From a virus, in the IMG/VR virus record IMGVR_UViG_3300031993_000157: DNA of 44,382 bases; one strand, written 5' to 3'. The notes under the pieces were generated by a model. That model was not told where the DNA came from. It worked only from the letters and a program-made list of their open reading frames with translations, and did not search any database. The translations under genes and the position numbers were made by a program. Of the stretch, positions 5,745 to 12,975 are shown in pieces. How positions within the stretch are numbered: position 1 is the stretch's first letter; every line of letters begins with the position of its first letter.

Positions 5745-6520
5745 TGGAAACACGAACATTCAAAATTGACAATTACATAACCGTTCCGGGATTCGCCATT
5801 GTTGAATTGGGATTGTCCGGTAATGAATTGTTGTGTTATTCATTGATATATGGATTTACCCAAGACAAAGAAACCGAATTTCGCGGGTCTTTGAATTACG
5901 TTGCATCGGCGTTGAATGTGACCAAACAGAACGCCAAAAAGATAATTGACCGGTTGATTGACCGGGGATTGGTTGATAAACGGGAAATGTTCTTTTCCGG
6001 CGTTAAATTTTGCCATTATGTTGCAAACAGATACGGCGTTGCTGAAAAAGCAACGGGGCGTTATCAAAACAACAACGGGGGCGTTGCTGAAATAGCAACG
6101 GGGGGCGTTGCTGAAACGGCAACCAATATTGATACAAAGGATAATTCTTTGGGTAATGATAATAATAACGCCGATGGCGGTTTATTCCCGGACGAATCCG
6201 GTTTTGTTCCTGTTACAGTTACCCGGCCCCGCCGGACGGCGGAACCGGCCGCGTGTCTTTTCGAAAATTCCCGGTTCGCCGATTACAACGCGTTTGCCGC
6301 CGAATTTAAGACGCCGGAATTTGCAAACGTTGATATTGTGTACTATTTCCACGCCGTCGCGGATTGGTCCGCGCAAAAGGGAAAGAAAATGAAAGATTGG
6401 ATTGCGACGGCCCGGAACTTTATTCGTGGAGATATTGAAAAGGGCAAGTTGCACAAACTGAACGGCGGCGTGGCGTTGTCCCCGGATGCAATCGAATATT
6501 TATCAAGTATGGCGCAATGA
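5744..6520 (+). CDS. Putative replication initiator / replisome organiser with N-terminal winged-helix domain (258 aa)
   Basis: LSGNELLCYSLIYGF...LNYVASALNVTKQNAKKIIDRLIDRGLV looks wHTH-like. Iterons plus an AT-rich tract lie inside the gene, as in lambda O. Confidence 0.55.
   Translation: METRTFKIDNYITVPGFAIVELGLSGNELLCYSLIYGFTQDKETEFRGSLNYVASALNVTKQNAKKIIDRLIDRGLVDKREMFFSGVKFCHYVANRYGVAEKATGRYQNNNGGVAEIATGGVAETATNIDTKDNSLGNDNNNADGGLFPDESGFVPVTVTRPRRTAEPAACLFENSRFADYNAFAAEFKTPEFANVDIVYYFHAVADWSAQKGKKMKDWIATARNFIRGDIEKGKLHKLNGGVALSPDAIEYLSSMAQ
6036..6124 (+). repeat. Three iterons GCGTTGCTGAAAnnGCAAC, each an inverted repeat GTTGC-N7-GCAAC, at 6036, 6081 and 6105
   Basis: Read from sequence; followed by an AT-rich tract at 6124-6172; located in the linker of the initiator gene. 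Confidence 0.7.
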
Positions 6521-6521
6521 T

Positions 6522-7409
6522 ATGGAAACAGGCGTAACAATTTACAAACCCAAATCGGCGGTTATGGTCCGCCGGGAAATGGTCGCAATTCCGGCCGTAA
6601 TGGATGCGTTGGGGCCGGTTGAAAAGGCGGTGTTTTTGGCGTCCACGGCCAAGACTGTTGCCGAATACGACGGCAACGAATTATTCGCCGAACTTACAAA
6701 GGCGTTACGCTTCATTGCAAAAGATGTTGGATACCGGGATACGGACGAAACCGAACGTGGTTATTTGGTCGCCCGCGTGGCAGAAATCTTGAAACGGTAT
6801 TACGGCAACTTGACCGTTAAGGATTTCAAAATGGCGTTCGAAATGTCTATTACCGGGGAGTTGGATGATTATTTACCCAAGGGCCGGGACGGCCAAGCGG
6901 ACCGGGGGCATTATCAACAATTCAACGCCGAATACGTTTGCAAGATATTGAACGCGTACAAAGGCCGCCGGGCGTGGATATTGAAAAAGGCGAACGACGC
7001 GCGGCCGGTTCCGGAACGGACGATTGATGCGGAAGAAATGCAATGTTACCGGGACGCCACGAAAAAAGATTGCATCGCGGCATTTGAGTTTTTCAAGGAA
7101 AACGGCCGGTTGCCGGAAATGTCGCCAATTGCCGAAATGTTGTATTACAACGAATTGGCGGACGCCGGGTTGGCAACTGAAATTGTGGTAACTGTTGACG
7201 AACAAAAGGCCATATTTGCGCGGGCGATAAACGATTTTTCCCGTCGTGGGATGGTTGGGGACGTTCGCCGGTTAAAACAGGCCGGGCCGGATGCGCCGGA
7301 ACTGCAACCCGGGGCGTTCACGTTGTCGCGCCGAAAGGCGTTGATAGAAACGTTTGCGAAGATGAAAGCAAACGGAATTACATTAACCGATTACATAAAA
7401 TTCGAATAG
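6522..7409 (+). CDS. Hypothetical protein (295 aa), downstream of the initiator (possible loader/organiser, position only)
   Basis: Trimmed from ORF 6486..7409 to the ATG 1 nt after the stop at 6520. Confidence 0.7.
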   Translation: METGVTIYKPKSAVMVRREMVAIPAVMDALGPVEKAVFLASTAKTVAEYDGNELFAELTKALRFIAKDVGYRDTDETERGYLVARVAEILKRYYGNLTVKDFKMAFEMSITGELDDYLPKGRDGQADRGHYQQFNAEYVCKILNAYKGRRAWILKKANDARPVPERTIDAEEMQCYRDATKKDCIAAFEFFKENGRLPEMSPIAEMLYYNELADAGLATEIVVTVDEQKAIFARAINDFSRRGMVGDVRRLKQAGPDAPELQPGAFTLSRRKALIETFAKMKANGITLTDYIKFE

Positions 7410-7411
7410 CG

Positions 7412-7972
7412 ATGGAACAAAGATTTTTGGTAAATTGTGTTATTGGCGTGGACCCCGGGGCAAACGGTGGGTTGTCTGTATTCATTCCCGGCAACAGGAC
7501 CAAGGCGGTAAAAATGCCAAAGGATATTACGGAATTGCGGGATTTCTTCGCGTATTACGCCGAGAACTACAACCCGATTGTGTTTCTTGAAAAATTGTCG
7601 GTGCGTCCGGACGATGTTTCGGCGGATAATTCGCGGGCGAATATGGGTAAATTGTACCGCATTCAAAAGATGATGGCGAATTACGAACAGTTGAAAACCA
7701 TAATTGGAACCGCCGGAATCCCGTACGTAATGGTGCATCCAATGACGTGGCAAACCAAGTTGAAATTGCGCGTACGCGGGGAAAAGGTCGAAAAGGCGGA
7801 ACGCAAACGGCGTTACGCTGAATACGCGGCAAAAATGTACCCGGAAATAAATGTTACGTTGTGGAATGCGGACGCCCTGTTGTTGTTGCATTTCGGCCGT
7901 TGGGCGTTGGTAAATGAACCGAAATGGGTTAAGGAACAGTTGCCGAAACGCGAACACGATAAATTGTTTTAG
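7412..7972 (+). CDS. RuvC-like Holliday junction resolvase (186 aa)
   Basis: IGVDPGANGG, FLEK, HPMTWQ and NADALLL give the catalytic D-E-D-D pattern of the RuvC fold. Confidence 0.75.
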   Translation: MEQRFLVNCVIGVDPGANGGLSVFIPGNRTKAVKMPKDITELRDFFAYYAENYNPIVFLEKLSVRPDDVSADNSRANMGKLYRIQKMMANYEQLKTIIGTAGIPYVMVHPMTWQTKLKLRVRGEKVEKAERKRRYAEYAAKMYPEINVTLWNADALLLLHFGRWALVNEPKWVKEQLPKREHDKLF

Positions 7973-7973
7973 T

Positions 7974-8090
7974 ATGGAACAAGATAATTTAACGCCAATC
8001 AAAAGGGAACGCGAACGAGTGTTTGCGCGGGCAAGAGAATTTGCGCGAGCAATAGAAAACTTTGACGACGTACTTAAAGAGTTGGGATAA
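7974..8090 (+). CDS. Possible small protein (38 aa)
   Basis: Hand translation MEQDNLTPIKRERERVFARAREFARAIENFDDVLKELG; the ATG is 1 nt after the previous stop. Confidence 0.3.
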   Translation: MEQDNLTPIKRERERVFARAREFARAIENFDDVLKELG

Positions 8091-8177
8091 TAGAGAAAGC
8101 GCAAAGAGAGAAAGAAACGCGCGACCGCCGCCAACAACACAAATACGCAGTTAAACATTCAAACCGAAAATAACATT

Positions 8178-8378
8178 ATGCCGACCAAAATTTTTACAAC
8201 CATTGATGGCAAATGCCCGTTCGGTCGGAATTGTGCCATTGATTCGACGGAATGTCGAAAATGCGAATGGTTTTATAGGACCGGAACCGCGATGTTCTTT
8301 TGGTGCCGCCACCCCGTAACGCCGGAAATGGAACGGAAACGGGCCGAAACGGAACGCAAGGCCCCGGAAACGGAATAG
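8178..8378 (+). CDS. Small Cys-rich protein (66 aa), zinc-ribbon-like
   Basis: ORF track; CPFGRNC...CRKC...WC cysteine pattern. Confidence 0.6.
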   Translation: MPTKIFTTIDGKCPFGRNCAIDSTECRKCEWFYRTGTAMFFWCRHPVTPEMERKRAETERKAPETE

Positions 8379-8393
8379 GTAAAGCGGAAACGG
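8323..8393 (+). repeat. Five phased copies of CGGAAA(C/T)GG (8323, 8334, 8344, 8365, 8385) straddling the stop codon at 8376-8378
   Basis: Three exact CGGAAACGG copies plus CGGAAATGG and CCGAAACGG. Spacing is 10-11 or 20-21 bp. The last copy is in non-coding DNA. Confidence 0.7.
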
Positions 8394-8513
8394 GGACGGC
8401 CGCCGGGGAAATCAACGAACCCCGGAATGCCAAAGCGCAAGCGCGGTTCAATCGCCACAAAGGGCAAAGAACGCCAAATTAAGACAATCAAACAATCTGT
8501 CAAGTAAAGTTAT

Positions 8514-8729
8514 ATGGACGAATTAAAAGCCCCGCAAATTGAAAATTTGCAAGAAATAACGCCGGAACAGTCGGCGGAATACGTGCGGTTCGTTGCGTCG
8601 TTGCGAGAGAAACAACGCGAATGGTTCAACGAACACAATTACGATGCGTTGAACGCGGCCCGGAAGATGGAACGGGAATTGGACGCATTGAACGCGCATT
8701 TGTTGGACCCGAACCCAAGGTTGTTTTGA
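8514..8729 (+). CDS. Hypothetical protein (71 aa)
   Basis: ORF track; helical, charged. Confidence 0.65.
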   Translation: MDELKAPQIENLQEITPEQSAEYVRFVASLREKQREWFNEHNYDALNAARKMERELDALNAHLLDPNPRLF

Positions 8730-8730
8730 T

Positions 8731-8940
8731 ATGAGCAAAAAGCGAAACGGCGTCCGGTACAGTCTTAAAAAAGCGAATGAAACAAAGCGAGAATCCGCCG
8801 GGTTGCTTTGGAACCGGGACAAGATGAAGAACCGGCGCGGATATGTAATTAACCCGTTCGCAAACGGATATAAGAATATGTCCGTACAAGAATTTGTAAA
8901 TAAGAACACGTCCGAAAAATACAGGCGGTTAAAAAAATGA
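8731..8940 (+). CDS. Hypothetical basic protein (69 aa)
   Basis: ORF track; starts 1 nt after the previous stop. Confidence 0.6.
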   Translation: MSKKRNGVRYSLKKANETKRESAGLLWNRDKMKNRRGYVINPFANGYKNMSVQEFVNKNTSEKYRRLKK

Positions 8941-8943
8941 ATT

Positions 8944-9129
8944 ATGGTTGAGGAAATAAGATACGAAACCGACCATTCCGGAAAGGTTATGAAAACGCCT
9001 TGCCCGTATGGAAAGATGATTGCATCCGTGCGAATTTATGTTGCTTCGAACGCCTGTCAAGATTGCCGTTGTTTCTTGCGTGACGAACGGCGGCGAAAAA
9101 TTGTTTACTGTAACCACGAAGAAATATGA
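8944..9129 (+). CDS. Small Cys-rich protein (61 aa)
   Basis: ORF track; CPYGK...CQDCRC...YC pattern. Confidence 0.6.
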   Translation: MVEEIRYETDHSGKVMKTPCPYGKMIASVRIYVASNACQDCRCFLRDERRRKIVYCNHEEI

Positions 9130-9353
9130 AAGGCCCGTTAAGAGAAATAAAACCCGGCGAAACATTTTATTTGTTTGGGGAAAAGATACATTACCACGGC
9201 GCGGTTGTAACCGGGGATGAACCCGTACACGTTTATTGGGTTTGGAATCAGTATAAACAACGCCGTGCGTATAGGGCCGTCCCGTATTGGGCGTTCGAAA
9301 TGGATTGGGAATATATGACCAAGACAAAACCGAAACGCAAACTTATTTATTGA
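9126..9353 (+). CDS. Hypothetical protein (75 aa)
   Basis: ORF track; ATGA overlap with the previous gene. Confidence 0.65.
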   Translation: MKGPLREIKPGETFYLFGEKIHYHGAVVTGDEPVHVYWVWNQYKQRRAYRAVPYWAFEMDWEYMTKTKPKRKLIY

Positions 9354-9541
9354 TGGTTGTTGTTGCGCGTATAGTTGGCGTCCCGGGCGGGACGTACCGG
9401 ATATATTGCAAGCGGGCCAAATACAAACATTGGTTCGAATTGGGCCGCCACGCCCCAACGGACGCCGCATTTGAACGCGCGTTTGCGGCCGGAACGGTAT
9501 GTTGGGAACCGAGGATTGAGGACGCCGGAAAACTTTTTTGA
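9353..9541 (+). CDS. Hypothetical protein (62 aa)
   Basis: Internal ATG of ORF 9287..9541 that overlaps the stop of the previous gene (TGATG). Confidence 0.5.
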   Translation: MVVVARIVGVPGGTYRIYCKRAKYKHWFELGRHAPTDAAFERAFAAGTVCWEPRIEDAGKLF

Positions 9542-9569
9542 AAAAAATCGAAAAAATAAAGCAAAAATA

Positions 9570-9664
9570 TTTGGAAATTAAATTTTTTGTTGTACCTTTG
9601 TATCGGGTTAAGGAAATAACCCAACCGACCGGGCGGGTTCCGCGAAGCAAAAAAACAATGAGTT
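9570..9664 (+). promoter_or_regulatory. Early promoter-leader module B: TTTG (9570-9573) N19 TACCTTTG (9593-9600), hairpins 9605-9622 and about 9629-9644
   Basis: Near-identical to modules C and D across aaattttttgttgtacctttgtatcgggtt. Hairpin 1 is GGGTTA-aggaaa-TAACCC. Confidence 0.8.
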
Positions 9665-9826
9665 ATGAAAAAGTACATTGCAAATTACACCGACAAAAAA
9701 TCCGGTTCATCGTGGGATTTGTTTATCAATGCAGACAATAGGAGAGAAGCGGAGAAAGAAGCGCGATGCGCAACGCGCGGGCTGATGGCCGGATGCAAAT
9801 TTGAATCAATCCATTTAGATAGATAA
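9665..9826 (+). CDS. Possible small protein (53 aa) between leader B and tRNA-Gln
   Basis: Hand translation MKKYIANYTDKKSGSSWDLFINADNRREAEKEARCATRGLMAGCKFESIHLDR. An alternative ATG at 9659 gives only 27 aa. Confidence 0.4.
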   Translation: MKKYIANYTDKKSGSSWDLFINADNRREAEKEARCATRGLMAGCKFESIHLDR

Positions 9827-9833
9827 CAACAAT

Positions 9834-9905
9834 TGCCCCGTGGTGCAACGGCTAACACATTGGATTTTGGTTCCGACGATGCACGTTCGATTCGTGCCGG
9901 GGCAA
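9834..9905 (+). tRNA. tRNA-Gln: tRNA-Gln, anticodon UUG
   Basis: Hand-folded cloverleaf. Acceptor TGCCCCG/CGGGGCA (U1-A72). Anticodon stem TTGGA/TCCGA with loop ttTTGgt. T arm GCACG-ttcgatt-CGTGC. Confidence 0.85.
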
Positions 9906-9992
9906 CAAAAGCGGTCATCATCCGCGAATAAATATTGAACGTTTTTTACTTTACGGGGCCGGAACGTTGTGAAACGTGAAAGGCCCAAACAA

Positions 9993-10041
9993 ACCCCCGT
10001 GGCGCAAAAGTGGGCGCGGCGGTTCGATTCCGGGCGGGGGT
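9993..10041 (+). other. tRNA-like minihelix / tRNA remnant (49 nt): acceptor-like ACCCCCG/CGGGGGT, GGTTCGATTCC T-loop, single internal 4-bp arm, no anticodon arm
   Basis: Read from sequence; the T-stem pairs only 3 of 5 bp; abuts the HNH start codon. Confidence 0.35.
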
Positions 10042-10046
10042 TCAAT

Positions 10047-10520
10047 ATGAACAGAAAGCACAAAAATACAGACGCGGAAATTATTGAAGCGGCGAAGCAA
10101 TCAAAAAGCATTGCGGAAATGTTGCGCCGTCTTGGACGTTCGCGGTTTGGCAATTCATATAAGATATTGCGTTGCCATATTGAACGTTTGAATATTGACA
10201 CGTCGCATTTTACCGGAAGCGTGTGGAACAAAGGAAAGCCCGGTAAAAGGATTCCGCGAATTAACGATGAATTGGTTTTTGTGAAAGATTCAAAATATAC
10301 CTGTTCGAACCATCTTCGTAACCGGATTTTGAACAACGGATTGCGTGAAAGGAAATGCGAAATTTGCGGTAATACTGAATGGAACGGTAAACCAATTCCG
10401 TTACAGGTACACCACAAAAACGGGATACACAACGACAATAGATTGGAAAATTTACAGATTCTTTGCCCGAATTGTCACGCGCAAACGGACACATTCGCGG
10501 GAAAGAACACGAACAAATAA
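10047..10520 (+). CDS. HNH homing endonuclease (157 aa)
   Basis: CEICG...LQVHHKNGIHNDNRLENLQILCPNCH is a canonical HNH/zinc motif. ORF 9969..10520 trimmed to its first ATG. Wedged between tRNA genes. Confidence 0.85.
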   Translation: MNRKHKNTDAEIIEAAKQSKSIAEMLRRLGRSRFGNSYKILRCHIERLNIDTSHFTGSVWNKGKPGKRIPRINDELVFVKDSKYTCSNHLRNRILNNGLRERKCEICGNTEWNGKPIPLQVHHKNGIHNDNRLENLQILCPNCHAQTDTFAGKNTNK

Positions 10521-10522
10521 AT

Positions 10523-10606
10523 GGCCATTTGGTGGAAATAGGCAGACACGCAAAACTCAAAATTTTGTACCTTAACGGTGTGCCGGTTCGATTCCGGCAA
10601 TGGCCA
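10523..10606 (+). tRNA. tRNA-Leu: tRNA-Leu, anticodon CAA (type II, long variable arm)
   Basis: Acceptor GGCCATT/AATGGCC with A73. Anticodon stem CAAAA/TTTTG with loop ctCAAaa. Variable arm ACC-ttaa-GGT. T arm GCCGG-ttcgatt-CCGGC. Confidence 0.85.
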
Positions 10607-10634
10607 CAACCGACCGGGCGGATTCCCGGGAAAG
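10607..10634 (+). promoter_or_regulatory. Fifth copy of leader hairpin 2 (CCGGG-cggatt-CCCGG, 10614-10629) directly after tRNA-Leu and upstream of CDS 10659
   Basis: caaccgaccgggcggattcccgggaaag versus module B ccaaccgaccgggcgggttccgcgaag. Confidence 0.6.
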
Positions 10635-10658
10635 TATAACACTTAATTTTTCGATACG

Positions 10659-12014
10659 ATGTTTATTAAAAAGTTAGAGTTACTGAATTTCCAAGTAATC
10701 GAACGGTTTTCCGCCGATTTTACCGGCGCGGTGTATTTCGTTACCGGGGACAACGAATTAGGCAAATCCACGTTGTTAAAGGCCATTGGCGTATTGTTGA
10801 CGGGCAACCGCGACGACGTGTTACGCAACGGCGCATCAAAGGGTTTCGCCAAAATGATTGTTGGCGACGACGGCGAGGAATACGACGTGCAATTGTCTTT
10901 CACGGAAGCGAACCCGCGCGGAACGCTTACAATCAAACAGAAATCAACCGGGATGCAGACCAACAACGTTTCGATGTTGCAACGCATTTTCGGTTATCAA
11001 GATTTCGACGCCGTGGAATTTTCGCGTTGGTCCGAAACGGCCGAGGGACGCCGCAAGCAAATTGCCGTTGTTAAGTCCCTGTTGGCCCCGGCGGTCCGCG
11101 AGCGAATCGAAGCGATTGACGCCGAGGTTTCCGAACTGAAAACGGAACGTACCGGCATTAACCGGGACGTAAAGACGTTTGATGCGTTGGTTGCGTCCAT
11201 TTCCGCGAGGATGGAACCGGGCGATATTGAGAAATACGGCAAGCCCATTGATGTTACCGGGTTGATGGAACAACAGGCCACGAACGCAAAGTTGATTGAA
11301 AAGGCCAAGACGGTGCGCGAAATGTTGGCGCAACGCACGGAACAGTTGGCCGAAATCCCGGCACGGCTTGAAGTGGCGGCGGATTCATTGAAACAGGCCA
11401 AGGAAATTGCCGCGAAAATGATTGCCGACGCGGAAAAGACATACAACGAAACCGTTTCGTTAATCAACGCCGAAAAAGCCGATTTCGAAAACCGCAAGGC
11501 GAACGCCGAACAATGGTTGGCCGATTACGAAAAGAACAACCCCGAGAAAACGAACGTTGCCGAACTGTTGGCAAACGCAGACGCGCACAACAAAAAGTAC
11601 GCAATGGTTGAGCAATACAGGGAAAAGAAACAACAATTTGATTCCGTTACCGCCAAGGCGCAAGAAATGGACGGCAAAATTGACACGTTGGCCAAGGAAC
11701 GCGCGGAACTTATTGCAAACGCCAAATTGCCGATTGGCGGGTTGACGTTTACCGACGACGGTTTGGAATTGAACGGCGTTCCGTTCGTCCCCGGCAAGGT
11801 TTCGGATTCCCAAATTATGGAAATCGCGACCAAACTAATCATTGCGTCGAATCCCACGGTAAAGGTGTTCCGCATCGCGCGTGGCGAATCGTTGGGCGCA
11901 AAGCGTTTGGAAACGATTGTTGAAATTGCCCGCAAAAATGGATTCCAAGGATTCATCGAACAGGTCCAACGCGGACAAACGGAAATGTTGGTTGAAGAAT
12001 ACACCGAGCGATGA
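10659..12014 (+). CDS. Rad50/SbcC-like coiled-coil ATPase (451 aa)
   Basis: N-terminal Walker A FVTGDNELGKST, a coiled coil of about 250 aa, and a C-terminal signature/Walker B-like SDSQIMEIATKL...VKVFRIARGESL. Confidence 0.75.
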   Translation: MFIKKLELLNFQVIERFSADFTGAVYFVTGDNELGKSTLLKAIGVLLTGNRDDVLRNGASKGFAKMIVGDDGEEYDVQLSFTEANPRGTLTIKQKSTGMQTNNVSMLQRIFGYQDFDAVEFSRWSETAEGRRKQIAVVKSLLAPAVRERIEAIDAEVSELKTERTGINRDVKTFDALVASISARMEPGDIEKYGKPIDVTGLMEQQATNAKLIEKAKTVREMLAQRTEQLAEIPARLEVAADSLKQAKEIAAKMIADAEKTYNETVSLINAEKADFENRKANAEQWLADYEKNNPEKTNVAELLANADAHNKKYAMVEQYREKKQQFDSVTAKAQEMDGKIDTLAKERAELIANAKLPIGGLTFTDDGLELNGVPFVPGKVSDSQIMEIATKLIIASNPTVKVFRIARGESLGAKRLETIVEIARKNGFQGFIEQVQRGQTEMLVEEYTER

Positions 12015-12277
12015 AACGTTTGTTTGAAATCTTGCGTATGACGCGACGCGCAATGCGCATTTCGGATTTTGCGCACACGAAATTCGATACGGTGGTATTC
12101 AGTTGCGCGAATTTGTCCCGCGTGAACAATTCGTTGGCCTTTGTGGTCCGCCGTTCCGGGGCCTTTGGCGTCCCTGTTGTAGAATCAATCCCGCGCCCGG
12201 ACGTCGTGGCGTTGAAAGAAACCGACGATTGCGTAATTGTCAAGGACGGGAAAACGTATGAATTGAAAGCGTGGTAA
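12011..12277 (+). CDS. Hypothetical protein (88 aa)
   Basis: ORF track; ATGA overlap with the ATPase gene. Confidence 0.6.
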   Translation: MKRLFEILRMTRRAMRISDFAHTKFDTVVFSCANLSRVNNSLAFVVRRSGAFGVPVVESIPRPDVVALKETDDCVIVKDGKTYELKAW

Positions 12278-12281
12278 AAAG

Positions 12282-12689
12282 ATGAACAAGGAAACACGAA
12301 AAAAGATTGGTTCTTGTAAAGCGTTGGCCGGAAAAACCGTTGAGGACGTTTGCAATATGGACGAGTTTAAAACGAACTTGTCCGCGTATATGGAAGCCCA
12401 ACGGACCGACCGCGAAGCAATCCGCGCGTCTTATCAAGCGATGCGCAAGATGGGCGGCGCAAAGGGTTACAAATTACCCGCGCATCCAATTGACCGCGTA
12501 ATTGGTATGTCTGTTGATGAATTTTCCGACGCGTTCAAAGATGTTATCGCCAAGCGTTCACCGCGTCCCGTTGCCGAACGCGATTATATCGAACAATTGG
12601 GACTGCAAGCGTACAATTTGACCGTTGCAAAATTGGTCACGGCCGAATTTCCCGAATTACACGATTTGTTTTTTCCGAAAGCGAACTAA
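12282..12689 (+). CDS. Hypothetical protein (135 aa)
   Basis: ORF track. Confidence 0.7.
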   Translation: MNKETRKKIGSCKALAGKTVEDVCNMDEFKTNLSAYMEAQRTDREAIRASYQAMRKMGGAKGYKLPAHPIDRVIGMSVDEFSDAFKDVIAKRSPRPVAERDYIEQLGLQAYNLTVAKLVTAEFPELHDLFFPKAN

Positions 12690-12702
12690 AAACCAAATAA
12701 TT

Positions 12703-12975
12703 ATGGCACTCTTTTTCAAACGCGCAAACAAGCGAACCGAATCCGAAACCCGCGAATCCAAGCGGCGGAAAATCATTGTGGCCCTTATGGCCGGGCGTCG
12801 TCTTTCTGTGTACAACGGAAAAGAATTTAAATGTGCGGAAATGCACACGGAATTTTGCAAAATCCGCCGGATGATTGCAGACGGTAAAATTGCCGGTTAT
12901 GTAATGGTTGACGTGTGGCGTACGAACAAAGACGGAATCCGGTACAAAGAATATTGGTTTGAAAATGAAAAATAA
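12703..12975 (+). CDS. Hypothetical basic protein (90 aa)
   Basis: Internal ATG of ORF 12625..12975, downstream of the stop at 12689. Confidence 0.6.
   Translation: MALFFKRANKRTESETRESKRRKIIVALMAGRRLSVYNGKEFKCAEMHTEFCKIRRMIADGKIAGYVMVDVWRTNKDGIRYKEYWFENEK

Noticed and set aside
7391-8158. 255-aa minus-strand ORF
   Set aside because: It is antisense to the RuvC-like gene, which has clear catalytic motifs. The ORF would break the otherwise uninterrupted + strand operon.
9969-10046. GTG-initiated N-terminal extension of the HNH ORF (track ORF 9969..10520)
   Set aside because: The extension runs through a strong nested hairpin and the tRNA-like minihelix. The first ATG at 10047 gives a typical-size HNH protein.
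9906-10606. Group I intron carrying the HNH ORF and interrupting a tRNA
   Set aside because: Only about 140 nt lie upstream and 2 nt downstream of the ORF, which is too little for a group I core. tRNA-Leu and tRNA-Gln are each intact, and the minihelix contains both acceptor halves on the same side of the ORF.
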